From a phage: a stretch of DNA of 20,506 nt. This document shows, in pieces, positions 1-6,973 of this stretch (position 1 is the first letter of the stretch; every line of letters starts with the position of its first letter). A program made the translations under genes and the position numbers. Location: NCBI GenBank assembly GCA_026165385.1, contig GCA_026165385.1_4524.3; one strand, given 5' to 3'. Below the pieces are notes generated by a model. The model made no database searches. It saw nothing but the letters and a program-made list of their open reading frames with translations, and was not told the DNA's origin.

Positions 1-37
1 AAGAGCCCGAAGGCTCCTGCTAAGATTTTCTTAATCA

Positions 38-184
38 TTACTCGCCTTTTAACACGTTAAGAAGAGCTAAGACCGCTAAGGTACCTTGTGATACGGCCTG
101 TTGAAATACTGTTGTTTCGCCTGTAACTAAAGTGTTAACGAATAAAAACGACCAACATAGCAATGCAATAATCCATGCTACCAT
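38..184 (-). CDS. Small hydrophobic protein, 48 aa (MVAWIIALLCWSFLFVNTLV...), not in the ORF track
   Basis: My own translation of the minus strand; ATG at 184..182 preceded by TGAGGTAATTAAA (SD GAGGT, 8-nt spacing); a C(UUCG)G hairpin lies just downstream at 3..16. Confidence 0.3.
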   Translation of the reverse strand: MVAWIIALLCWSFLFVNTLVTGETTVFQQAVSQGTLAVLALLNVLKGE

Positions 185-200
185 TTTAATTACCTCAAAA

Positions 201-229
201 ATAAATTAAAGGCCTAACTTAATAGGCCT
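201..229 (-). terminator. Hairpin (AGGCCTA/TAGGCCT, 7-bp stem) followed by a U-rich tract on the minus-strand RNA, just downstream of the 148-aa gene
   Basis: Inverted repeat 210..216 / 223..229; minus-strand RNA continues UUAAUUUAUUUUU. Confidence 0.4.
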
Positions 230-236
230 ATATAAA

Positions 237-683
237 TTAGTAACTCTGCAGAATGAATTTGAAATTATCAGCCAGAAGACGGTTCATTTCAGTGAGTGTT
301 TGATATTCTGATGTATGGTTGCGAGTGAATGCTAGAGCCAATTGACCTTTACCATAACCGGTTGTCAGTGGTTTCATGTTCTTAGCTGCAACAAAGATTA
401 CATCATATTCAATATTGTTAGTGCCCATGGTACGGGCTAGTTGCGAACGGCCTTGACGAATGTGAGAAAGAATTGCATCCAACCCCTGTTTAGAACGTTG
501 ACGTCCTACAAAGAATCGTGCTGCTACTTGTCGCCAATCAGACGAACCTTTAACGAAGAAGTAAAAACCTTCACGAGAACGAAACTCTTTAGAAACTTCA
601 GAACCGTATTCGCCATTACGAACTACTGCAACAACTTCACCGCCAACTGCCAGAAGGTCTTTACGAGTTAAATATTTGGACAT
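237..683 (-). CDS. ndd: Ndd-like (nucleoid disruption) protein, 148 aa; name from size and synteny only
   Basis: ORF with SD (TTGAGGAAATTAGC-ATG) and its own early promoter; basic protein of about the size of T4 Ndd, on the rIIB/denB side of the rII locus. No alignment was run. Confidence 0.4.
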   Translation of the reverse strand: MSKYLTRKDLLAVGGEVVAVVRNGEYGSEVSKEFRSREGFYFFVKGSSDWRQVAARFFVGRQRSKQGLDAILSHIRQGRSQLARTMGTNNIEYDVIFVAAKNMKPLTTGYGKGQLALAFTRNHTSEYQTLTEMNRLLADNFKFILQSY

Positions 684-727
684 GCTAATTTCCTCAATTG
701 ATTAATGTTTTTGTAATCCATGAGAGC

Positions 728-756
728 ATTATACTCTGCTCTCAAGAGTTTGTACA
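728..756 (-). promoter_or_regulatory. T4-type early promoter: TGTACA -35, 17-nt spacer, TATAAT -10, with a 7-bp inverted repeat (GAGAGCA/TGCTCTC) across the -10
   Basis: Read directly on the minus strand: TTGTACAAACTCTTGAGAGCAGAGTATAATGCTCTC. Confidence 0.55.
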
Positions 757-759
757 ATT

Positions 760-960
760 TTATTCGGCCATATCAGAACGTTCAAAAAGCTCTTCAACAG
801 TTAAACATTCAGTGTCATCTTCAATAAAGAATCGAGTCCAACACGTTGGGGCGATACAGTTATGAGTTTGTCCGGCGATAGAAGCTACACGAATAAGCTG
901 CTGACCATTATTCAGAACAAATTTTTCACCAATTTCAACATCTTTAAAAAGCTTAGCCAT
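760..960 (-). CDS. Hypothetical early protein, 66 aa
   Basis: ORF preceded by TGAGGAACACAAA-ATG and its own early promoter. Confidence 0.6.
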   Translation of the reverse strand: MAKLFKDVEIGEKFVLNNGQQLIRVASIAGQTHNCIAPTCWTRFFIEDDTECLTVEELFERSDMAE

Positions 961-988
961 TTTGTGTTCCTCATGTTTCAGTAGGACT

Positions 989-1018
989 ACTATACCATAA
1001 TCCTACCTTGTTGTAAAC
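989..1018 (-). promoter_or_regulatory. T4-type early promoter: GTTTACA -35, 17-nt spacer, TATAGT -10, inverted repeat across the -10
   Basis: Minus strand reads GTTTACAACAAGGTAGGATTATGGTATAGTAGTCCTAC; a near copy of the promoter at 1501..1530. Confidence 0.6.
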
Positions 1019-1020
1019 AA

Positions 1021-1131
1021 TTAAATTACATTAAAATATGTTAAAGCCAACCACGTTCCAGTGAACGAACATGCAATGTAAAAACCCGTATCACAAATTG
1101 TTCTTAGTACAATAAGAAGTGCATTTTTCAT
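1021..1131 (-). CDS. Possible small hydrophobic peptide, 36 aa (MKNALLIVLRTICDTGFYIACSFTGTWLALTYFNVI)
   Basis: My own translation; SD TGAGGT 5-6 nt before the ATG; too short to judge by composition. Confidence 0.2.
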   Translation of the reverse strand: MKNALLIVLRTICDTGFYIACSFTGTWLALTYFNVI

Positions 1132-1210
1132 AAGTACCTCAACACAATTGAAAATATTATACAAATCATTGGGATACTAAGCAACCATATTCCTATCCAC
1201 ATTTTAGAGC

Positions 1211-1474
1211 TCATATCTCAACTTCCACAAGTTCCATATATCCTTTGTTGATAACCTCTTTAAGGTCTTTAGAAAGAATAACACTAAAATGGTCGTTCAT
1301 ATGTCCATTAACTAAACGAGTTATTTCGGCTTCAGATGACATATAAGGCACGTCTGAGTCCCAATGAGATAGACCCAAATGGGTATAAATCATCCCTTCG
1401 TCATCTGCAGTGTTGTACATTGAAACAAACTCACCGGTCACTTTATGTTTTGCGTAGAAAAATTTAAATTTCAT
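1211..1474 (-). CDS. Hypothetical early protein, 87 aa
   Basis: ORF with SD (AAAGAGGATAACATC-ATG) and its own early promoter. Confidence 0.6.
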   Translation of the reverse strand: MKFKFFYAKHKVTGEFVSMYNTADDEGMIYTHLGLSHWDSDVPYMSSEAEITRLVNGHMNDHFSVILSKDLKEVINKGYMELVEVEI

Positions 1475-1500
1475 GATGTTATCCTCTTTTAGATAGGACT

Positions 1501-1530
1501 ACTATATCATAGTCCTACTTAGTTGTAAAC
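1501..1530 (-). promoter_or_regulatory. T4-type early promoter: GTTTACA -35, 17-nt spacer, TATAGT -10, with an 8-bp inverted repeat (TAGGACTA/TAGTCCTA) across the -10
   Basis: Minus strand reads GTTTACAACTAAGTAGGACTATGATATAGTAGTCCTAT. Confidence 0.6.
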
Positions 1531-1542
1531 ACTTTTATGAAA

Positions 1543-2100
1543 TTAAAGATGAAGATACCACCCGTTGTAGTTGCTCTTGCGGACGATTTTCTTTAGGTCT
1601 TCATGGTCTCCCACGAACTTTATAGAATAAGAGAAGACGTCAGGTGAGGTTTCTTTGACATCTAATATAATAATGCAATCTGCGACTCGATGATTCAAGA
1701 AGGGCCCTATATTGATTCCATTACCACCAGGATAATCACCACTGTATCCTGTGGTAACGGAAATCCATTTAGAATCTATCTGGTGCGTCTTGACTTCGAC
1801 ACGCAACCCGCAGTATTTAGGATGAGCTAACACGTCCCATGCATACGTGTACGGGTCTTCTACGTCTTCATTACCTTTATTAACGTATCCGTCTAGCCAA
1901 TTTGCTACTACATACTCTGCAAAGACCGCAACCTTACAACGTCGAACTACATCTTCTTTGTTTTGACCAGGATTTTGGCTCAGGGAATACCGAGCAGTGT
2001 CAGCAATCTTCACCTTCATTTCACTAGTCAAAAACTCATTCGACAGGATAAATGTCGGAAGACTCTTCAGCCTCAACAACCCCAAGTTCGTCTTTACCAT
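1543..2100 (-). CDS. denB: DenB-like protein (endonuclease IV position next to rIIB), 185 aa if started at the internal Met with the best SD
   Basis: The track ORF 1543..2163 has no SD at its first ATG; the ATG at 2100 is preceded by CAGAGGTATCT. Name is by synteny and size only. Confidence 0.4.
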   Translation of the reverse strand: MVKTNLGLLRLKSLPTFILSNEFLTSEMKVKIADTARYSLSQNPGQNKEDVVRRCKVAVFAEYVVANWLDGYVNKGNEDVEDPYTYAWDVLAHPKYCGLRVEVKTHQIDSKWISVTTGYSGDYPGGNGINIGPFLNHRVADCIIILDVKETSPDVFSYSIKFVGDHEDLKKIVRKSNYNGWYLHL

Positions 2101-2323
2101 AGATACCTCTGATGTGTAGTTCGCCAAAATAAATGCGGTCTCCTTCTTCAAGATATTCTGCATCTACCGGTGGGATTTCAATAACAACTTCGTCGCATTC
2201 TAACCAGCCGTAGTGTGCATCGCCAGGATGTTTTACCAATTTAGCGCAATAAACTGATTTACACTTATGATGACCACGAAGATTAGCAATTTTGGATTCT
2301 GATACGTCAAATGGATGAATCAT
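2036..2323 (-). CDS. Hypothetical protein, 95 aa, with a Cys/His cluster (HHKCKSVYCAKLVKHPGDAHYGWLEC)
   Basis: Strong SD (AGGGGTAATT-ATG) right after the rIIB terminator; its last 65 nt overlap the DenB-like gene start in another frame. Confidence 0.5.
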   Translation of the reverse strand: MIHPFDVSESKIANLRGHHKCKSVYCAKLVKHPGDAHYGWLECDEVVIEIPPVDAEYLEEGDRIYFGELHIRGIYGKDELGVVEAEESSDIYPVE

Positions 2324-2333
2324 AATTACCCCT

Positions 2334-2358
2334 AAAGAAAAAAAGGGACCGAAGTCCC
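2334..2358 (-). terminator. Intrinsic terminator downstream of rIIB: GGGAC-UUCG-GUCCC hairpin followed by UUUUUUUCUUU
   Basis: Plus strand 2345..2358 gggaccgaagtccc with the A-tract 2334..2344 (U-tract on the minus-strand RNA). Confidence 0.7.
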
Positions 2359-2364
2359 CAATTA

Positions 2365-3300
2365 TTATTCTGCAAATAATTCAGTAACGTCTGAAATTAC
2401 TTCGTAACGACAAGTACGCATCTTAGCATCACCATAGTCAACTGGGATGGATACAACATCACGTGGATGAACTTTAACCTTAACAACTTTATCTGAGCTT
2501 GAACCAAAGTGGCGAATATAAGATTTAGCACAAACGTGGAGACCGCGAGAACAGGTTTGAGTATCGTCGTCGTTAACTCTAGTACGAGGCATTGAAACAA
2601 CTTTACCTGGGGAGTTATCAAATGTACCACTATAGCAGTCTAAATAGTCCTTACGAACTACTTTCCATGCATAGAAATGTCCGTCTTCAGTGATTTCAAT
2701 ATCATTTGCAACCAAGAAGTCGAATAAACGTTGTACAGCTTTTTCGCTCGGGTTTTCTAACAGGTTTTCAAGGAACGGCAGATAGAATTTAAAGTCTTCA
2801 CCTTTTTCCATGGAATCAATAATACGGTTAACCAGTCCTGAACGAATCTCTATACCTTGATAAAATAAACTACCACCTTCAATAGTAACATTACCATCAA
2901 CAAACTTAGTAATAGCTTTCTTGACGTTAATAAGTTCGACAGCTTTACTAAGGTTTCCTGCGACCAGATTAGCTTTAATTTCTTCAAAATTTGCATGACT
3001 TGATGGGGTCGCATTGTATGCTACGCGTCCTTCAATAATTGAAATAAATTTAGATGACGCGTTCCATACGATTTCAGGACGGTGTCCGCCAATAATAGGT
3101 TCATCATTTTCTGGGATCTGTTCTTCGTCTTCAAATTCAGCTGCTTTCTCTTCAGCTTTAAAATTCTTAACAATCTTACGAAGAGTATCTGTTGAAATGT
3201 CGAAGTAATCGGCAATTTCTTTACGAGTCCATTTGCCTGATTCAACCAGGCCGTAAGCTTCTAACTGTTCTTCTTGGGACAAGCATTTAATATTGTACAT
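2365..3300 (-). CDS. rIIB: rIIB protein, 311 aa
   Basis: N-terminus MYNIKCLSQEEQ matches my memory of T4 rIIB; size about 312 aa; directly downstream of rIIA; SD AAGGAAACATT-ATG. Confidence 0.85.
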   Translation of the reverse strand: MYNIKCLSQEEQLEAYGLVESGKWTRKEIADYFDISTDTLRKIVKNFKAEEKAAEFEDEEQIPENDEPIIGGHRPEIVWNASSKFISIIEGRVAYNATPSSHANFEEIKANLVAGNLSKAVELINVKKAITKFVDGNVTIEGGSLFYQGIEIRSGLVNRIIDSMEKGEDFKFYLPFLENLLENPSEKAVQRLFDFLVANDIEITEDGHFYAWKVVRKDYLDCYSGTFDNSPGKVVSMPRTRVNDDDTQTCSRGLHVCAKSYIRHFGSSSDKVVKVKVHPRDVVSIPVDYGDAKMRTCRYEVISDVTELFAE

Positions 3301-3309
3301 AATGTTTCC

Positions 3310-5523
3310 TTATTTGGCCGCTTCCACGGCCTTCATGAATTTAACGATTTGAGCGACCTGTTCTTTGGAAAGAGTACCACGTCGTCCCATGTAGTCTGAC
3401 ACAATATGATAATTGGTTTCGAATTCAATAACCATTTTATCATCATTATCGTAAGCATTATCTTTAAGCTTATCGAAAATTTTAGCACACAATTCTAACT
3501 TCTTATTCAGGTCTGTATTAGTAGCACCTGCGAATCGATTCCATCCCCAACGATTATTTACTGTTGAGAGTTTTGCAAAGTCTTTACTGATTTCTTTGTT
3601 CTTAGAGCTAAAATACTTACTAAGGAAGTTAAGCTCTTCATTACGAGTAATATGATTCAAATAAGGCTGTGCTCTACGACTTGGTGATACATACTCATCA
3701 TAATCCACTTTATCGATTAGCGTAATATAGTCATTAATTGATTTTTCGAACAAGCATTCTACTTCACCAAGTTTACGAACTTTCTTAGCAATCTGTGGAC
3801 GAACTACAGTGAACTCTTTAATACCTGACAAATCAGCAATACGAGTCAAGAAATTGGAGTCATAGTTCAACCAACCTTTATCTGCGTCAAGACATTCAAC
3901 GTTAGAACGATTACGAACTATAGCATAACCTTGGATTTCATCAGCTTCACTCGCCGGAATAAAGAGATCTTCTGATACCCAAACATCGTTTTCATTCTTA
4001 AAGAACCGATGAGCACTTGGTGATTTAGGACGAGGCTCATTAGTCCGTTTCCTGACTTCAATCCATGGCTTAACGATTTGTAAAAGCTCTGAAGTCTTGT
4101 ACATGTTAATGTTGTCGCCATCAAAGATAACTTTAAGGCGTTCCAGAAGTTTCATTGCATCTTCGTCTGTAGGGTCAACGAATAGTACGCTTTTACCAAA
4201 ACCGCGTGGAACTTTACCAGTTAATTTAACCTCGTCTTTAGACATTTCAATTGAATTAAGAGCTCGCATTAATGGAACGCGTCCCTTAACGTCGTCAATA
4301 ACAATTTCAACGTTTTTAATGTTAATGCCAATCAAACTGTTAATTGAAATGGTTGCCGTTGAGCTACCGCTTTCACGAATACGACGAAGACGAGGGGATT
4401 CAACGATATCGTATACGACGCCAAGATTACACCATTCGGGTCCCATTTTAAAACGTTTGTACAACTCAGAATAAGTTAGTTGTTCTTTAGAGTATTTCAG
4501 TGATTCAATATTAGACCCGGCCTTTTCCATGTATTTACGAGCGGTATAGCCAAGAGAATCAATTTCACGGAACACATGATGTGGGTATTTACAATCAATC
4601 CATTTCTTAGAATCTTCAGCGAACAATTTAGCATCGATTTCTGCAACGCGTTTATGGATATTTGCTACTGTACGTTTATCAAATGACAATGCTTCGCGAG
4701 ACGGAGCTACATCTAGTTCACCCATAGGGAATTTAATATAAGCTGTAGTGCACCGCGTCATCATCCATGTTTGTTCTTTAATAACACTTCCGATTGGATA
4801 TACAATACCACCATAAACAGCCATGATATTACCACGTTCACCCCATGGAGCTTCCTTGGCCAAATATACATCGTCAAATTCTGGGAAGTATTTAATATCT
4901 TTAACACCGCGAACTTCTGCAATATCACCTAGAGGACGCATAACATATGCAATTTCGGATGCGAACTTTTCAAAATCTTCCGGGTTAACCGGTACAACTA
5001 CTTCTACACCCGTACGGTCATTAGGGCCCATCTTATCTACAAAGGTCGGCTTAATTTGTGGACCTGTGTCATCTTGGTAGATTACGTAACCACGAACTTC
5101 GCCATTGTGATAAGACGTAAGGTTAAACGTATCAGTATATGCTAGTGGAGCTTTAGAACCGAGTCCGAATCCACCAATGAAATCGTTACTCGATGTTTTA
5201 GTTGAAGCAAAATATGAGTTATAAATTCCTGGCTCTTCGTCATTACCTCGAATGGTGAAATCGCTCATACCAGGTCCAAAATCACGAACTACAAAACGTG
5301 GGTCTAAACGACCTGGTGCCTGAACAATAAACTTATCAGTGCAACCATTAAGAATTTGTCCATCGATACAGTTTGTGATTAATTCACGTACACAAGCCAA
5401 TTCTTTGTTTGTATAAAGGTCATTAGACAAAATCTTATAAACTTTACTATTGCCTTGAATAGTGAATGCTGTGCTCTTACCGCCTGAACCAATAATCGTT
5501 TCTTTAGCCGTTTCAATAATCAT
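3310..5523 (-). CDS. rIIA: rIIA protein, 737 aa
   Basis: Size and position match T4 rIIA (about 725 aa); followed by rIIB, preceded by a small rIIA.1-like ORF. Confidence 0.9.
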   Translation of the reverse strand: MIIETAKETIIGSGGKSTAFTIQGNSKVYKILSNDLYTNKELACVRELITNCIDGQILNGCTDKFIVQAPGRLDPRFVVRDFGPGMSDFTIRGNDEEPGIYNSYFASTKTSSNDFIGGFGLGSKAPLAYTDTFNLTSYHNGEVRGYVIYQDDTGPQIKPTFVDKMGPNDRTGVEVVVPVNPEDFEKFASEIAYVMRPLGDIAEVRGVKDIKYFPEFDDVYLAKEAPWGERGNIMAVYGGIVYPIGSVIKEQTWMMTRCTTAYIKFPMGELDVAPSREALSFDKRTVANIHKRVAEIDAKLFAEDSKKWIDCKYPHHVFREIDSLGYTARKYMEKAGSNIESLKYSKEQLTYSELYKRFKMGPEWCNLGVVYDIVESPRLRRIRESGSSTATISINSLIGINIKNVEIVIDDVKGRVPLMRALNSIEMSKDEVKLTGKVPRGFGKSVLFVDPTDEDAMKLLERLKVIFDGDNINMYKTSELLQIVKPWIEVRKRTNEPRPKSPSAHRFFKNENDVWVSEDLFIPASEADEIQGYAIVRNRSNVECLDADKGWLNYDSNFLTRIADLSGIKEFTVVRPQIAKKVRKLGEVECLFEKSINDYITLIDKVDYDEYVSPSRRAQPYLNHITRNEELNFLSKYFSSKNKEISKDFAKLSTVNNRWGWNRFAGATNTDLNKKLELCAKIFDKLKDNAYDNDDKMVIEFETNYHIVSDYMGRRGTLSKEQVAQIVKFMKAVEAAK

Positions 5524-5535
5524 ATTTTTCTCTCA

Positions 5536-5736
5536 TCACAAGTTACGTTTAAAAATTTCTGCTACTTCAAGAAGTTCTTCTTTAGTAGCTGTATCGGTTT
5601 GTATTTTATATCGAATTTCTTTAAAGCGTTCTTTAAAGGACTCGGCTGATTCGATATCAAAAAATCTTTGGATAAGCCGGAATTCCCGGAGCACTGCTTT
5701 ATCAAAAAGTTCCAAGTCCACGTTATATGTTCTCAT
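5536..5736 (-). CDS. rIIA.1-like small protein, 66 aa
   Basis: Small ORF immediately upstream of rIIA, as in T4; named by position only. Confidence 0.5.
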   Translation of the reverse strand: MRTYNVDLELFDKAVLREFRLIQRFFDIESAESFKERFKEIRYKIQTDTATKEELLEVAEIFKRNL

Positions 5737-5761
5737 AATATTCTCTTCAGTAGATTCCTAG

Positions 5762-5812
5762 GGCACTATTACTAAAGACCATATAATCTATCATCTTATG
5801 TGTAATAGTGCC
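5762..5812. repeat. Perfect 11-bp inverted repeat (GGCACTATTAC / GTAATAGTGCC) with a 29-nt AT-rich spacer, between the glycosyltransferase-like gene and rIIA.1
   Basis: Arms at 5762..5772 and 5802..5812, read directly; spacer contains a TATAAT/ATTATA element. Confidence 0.6.
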
Positions 5813-5828
5813 TCAGGCTATTCAGGAT

Positions 5829-6929
5829 TTACGCTGTGAAGATTTTATCCCACATCGCAACAACTGCATCTCGATTATACTTCTTCCATACTGCTTCAGC
5901 ACGTTTAACTCGAGCTTCGTATGTGTCAGTGAATTCTAATACAGCTTTTGTGTAAAGCGCAACTACTTCTTTCTTAGGAGTAGAGGAATCAATTTCTACA
6001 CGCACAGTATCTGGGTCGTATTCGAATGTCGCATGAGGATAATCCTTAAAAACTAACTGGATTACAGGGACACCTTTAGAGATGGCTTCAATAGAACTAT
6101 TCTCTACCGTACCTGTGTCAGGACACGTATTAATAAGTGCTTTAGCTGTTTTAAGACGTTCCATGATTTCACTGTGTGGAGCATCAATAATAACAGGATA
6201 CTTAGCCGGTGGTGCCCATTTGCTTGGACAGTATCCTGCACCATTTTCGCCTAGTGCTTTAATCGCTTCAAGAGCAACATCAGTACGACGCATTTTAGTG
6301 TCATAACGTTGTGCACTAATAATCAGATCAGTCGCCGGAAGAACTTCAGGTTTCTCATTCAAACAAATAACTGGATAATCTTCGGCTTCAAACAACGGAT
6401 TTGCTCGCCAATAATCATAATCAATTTTGTCAGTCAGACCTGAAGTCATATAACAATATTTGCGTTCAAATTCACGGAAGGCTTTAGTAGGAGCATAACT
6501 CTTACCACCATTCTTATGAATTTGAATAGTCTGGTCCCAAATTTGAACAATACCACGAGATACCGGTTCAAATGGTGTTGCCATAAAATTCTTATGAACT
6601 TTAGAGAGACCTGCGTCTTTAATTGCCTGAACGGTTAGTTTAGTCGGTTCCATAGTAACAACAAAATCGTATTCATTAATGCTGGCTAGTTCAACAATCT
6701 TACGAGCCATAGTATAACTCATACCTAGACTGAATTTAGTCAGATGACCAACAGGATGGTGATTAACTTTCCAGTCACCAAACGTGTCATTATCAAAGCC
6801 GATATAATCAATATCAGCACCGATGGACACAAGATATTTCAATACGTTCAAATGAACCGCTTCAAGACCACCTTGTACACGTTCTGGGTTAAATGGGACT
6901 GCACGAGATGGGATAAACATAACTTTCAT
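5829..6929 (-). CDS. GT-B fold (GT4-like) glycosyltransferase-like protein, 366 aa; candidate DNA-sugar transferase
   Basis: N-terminal MKVMFIPS...GGLEAVHLNVLKYL and C-terminal ENSSIEAISKGVPVI fit the GT4 GG-x-E and E-x7-E/PVI motifs; sits between rIIA.1 and gene 39 with its own SD, flanked by hairpins. Confidence 0.55.
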   Translation of the reverse strand: MKVMFIPSRAVPFNPERVQGGLEAVHLNVLKYLVSIGADIDYIGFDNDTFGDWKVNHHPVGHLTKFSLGMSYTMARKIVELASINEYDFVVTMEPTKLTVQAIKDAGLSKVHKNFMATPFEPVSRGIVQIWDQTIQIHKNGGKSYAPTKAFREFERKYCYMTSGLTDKIDYDYWRANPLFEAEDYPVICLNEKPEVLPATDLIISAQRYDTKMRRTDVALEAIKALGENGAGYCPSKWAPPAKYPVIIDAPHSEIMERLKTAKALINTCPDTGTVENSSIEAISKGVPVIQLVFKDYPHATFEYDPDTVRVEIDSSTPKKEVVALYTKAVLEFTDTYEARVKRAEAVWKKYNRDAVVAMWDKIFTA

Positions 6930-6939
6930 AATTAAGCCT

Positions 6940-6973
6940 TATTAAAATTAAAATGAAGCTCCCGAAGGAGCTT
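6940..6973 (-). terminator. Intrinsic terminator-like hairpin overlapping the gp39 stop codon: AGCUCC-UUCG-GGAGCU followed by CAUUUUAAUUUU
   Basis: Plus strand 6957..6972 agctcccgaaggagct, U-rich tail from 6940..6956. Confidence 0.6.

Noticed and set aside
226-233. Near-matches to the late promoter TATAAATA (for example TATAAATT at 226..233 and TATAAAGC near 19146)
   Set aside because: T4 late promoters tolerate little deviation from TATAAATA; only the site upstream of soc is exact.
441-671. Plus-strand track ORFs lying inside minus-strand genes (441..671, 3014..3208, 4097..4474, 4823..5080, 5462..5761, 6082..6306, 6744..6935, 7137..7445, 8203..8511, 9460..9741, 10209..10400, 11036..11233, 11426..11656, 11838..12077, 13254..13601, 13764..14012, 14342..14539, 15419..15898, 15911..16093, 16155..16343, 16295..16579, 16819..17004, 17470..17667, 17664..17858, 17894..18085, 18629..18868, 19533..19751, 19914..20156)
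   Set aside because: Each is antisense to a well-supported minus-strand gene, lacks a convincing ribosome-binding site and has low-complexity composition typical of antisense frames in AT-rich DNA.
1543-2163. Full-length 206-aa version of the DenB-like ORF
   Set aside because: Its first ATG has no Shine-Dalgarno and the N-terminal 21 codons overlap the 95-aa gene; the internal ATG at 2100 has a good ribosome-binding site.
2397-2630. Minus-strand alternative-frame ORFs inside larger genes (2397..2630, 3021..3245, 3918..4124, 10837..11061, 11230..11424, 15901..16110)
   Set aside because: Fully embedded in rIIB, rIIA, the modular paralogs or a Mod paralog in another frame, with no ribosome-binding site; most likely chance ORFs.
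5829-6929. Homing endonuclease (mobA or seg-like) or gene 60 bypass element between rIIA and gene 39
   Set aside because: The only gene in the interval has glycosyltransferase-like motifs; I see no GIY-YIG or HNH signature, and the topoisomerase ORF is continuous.
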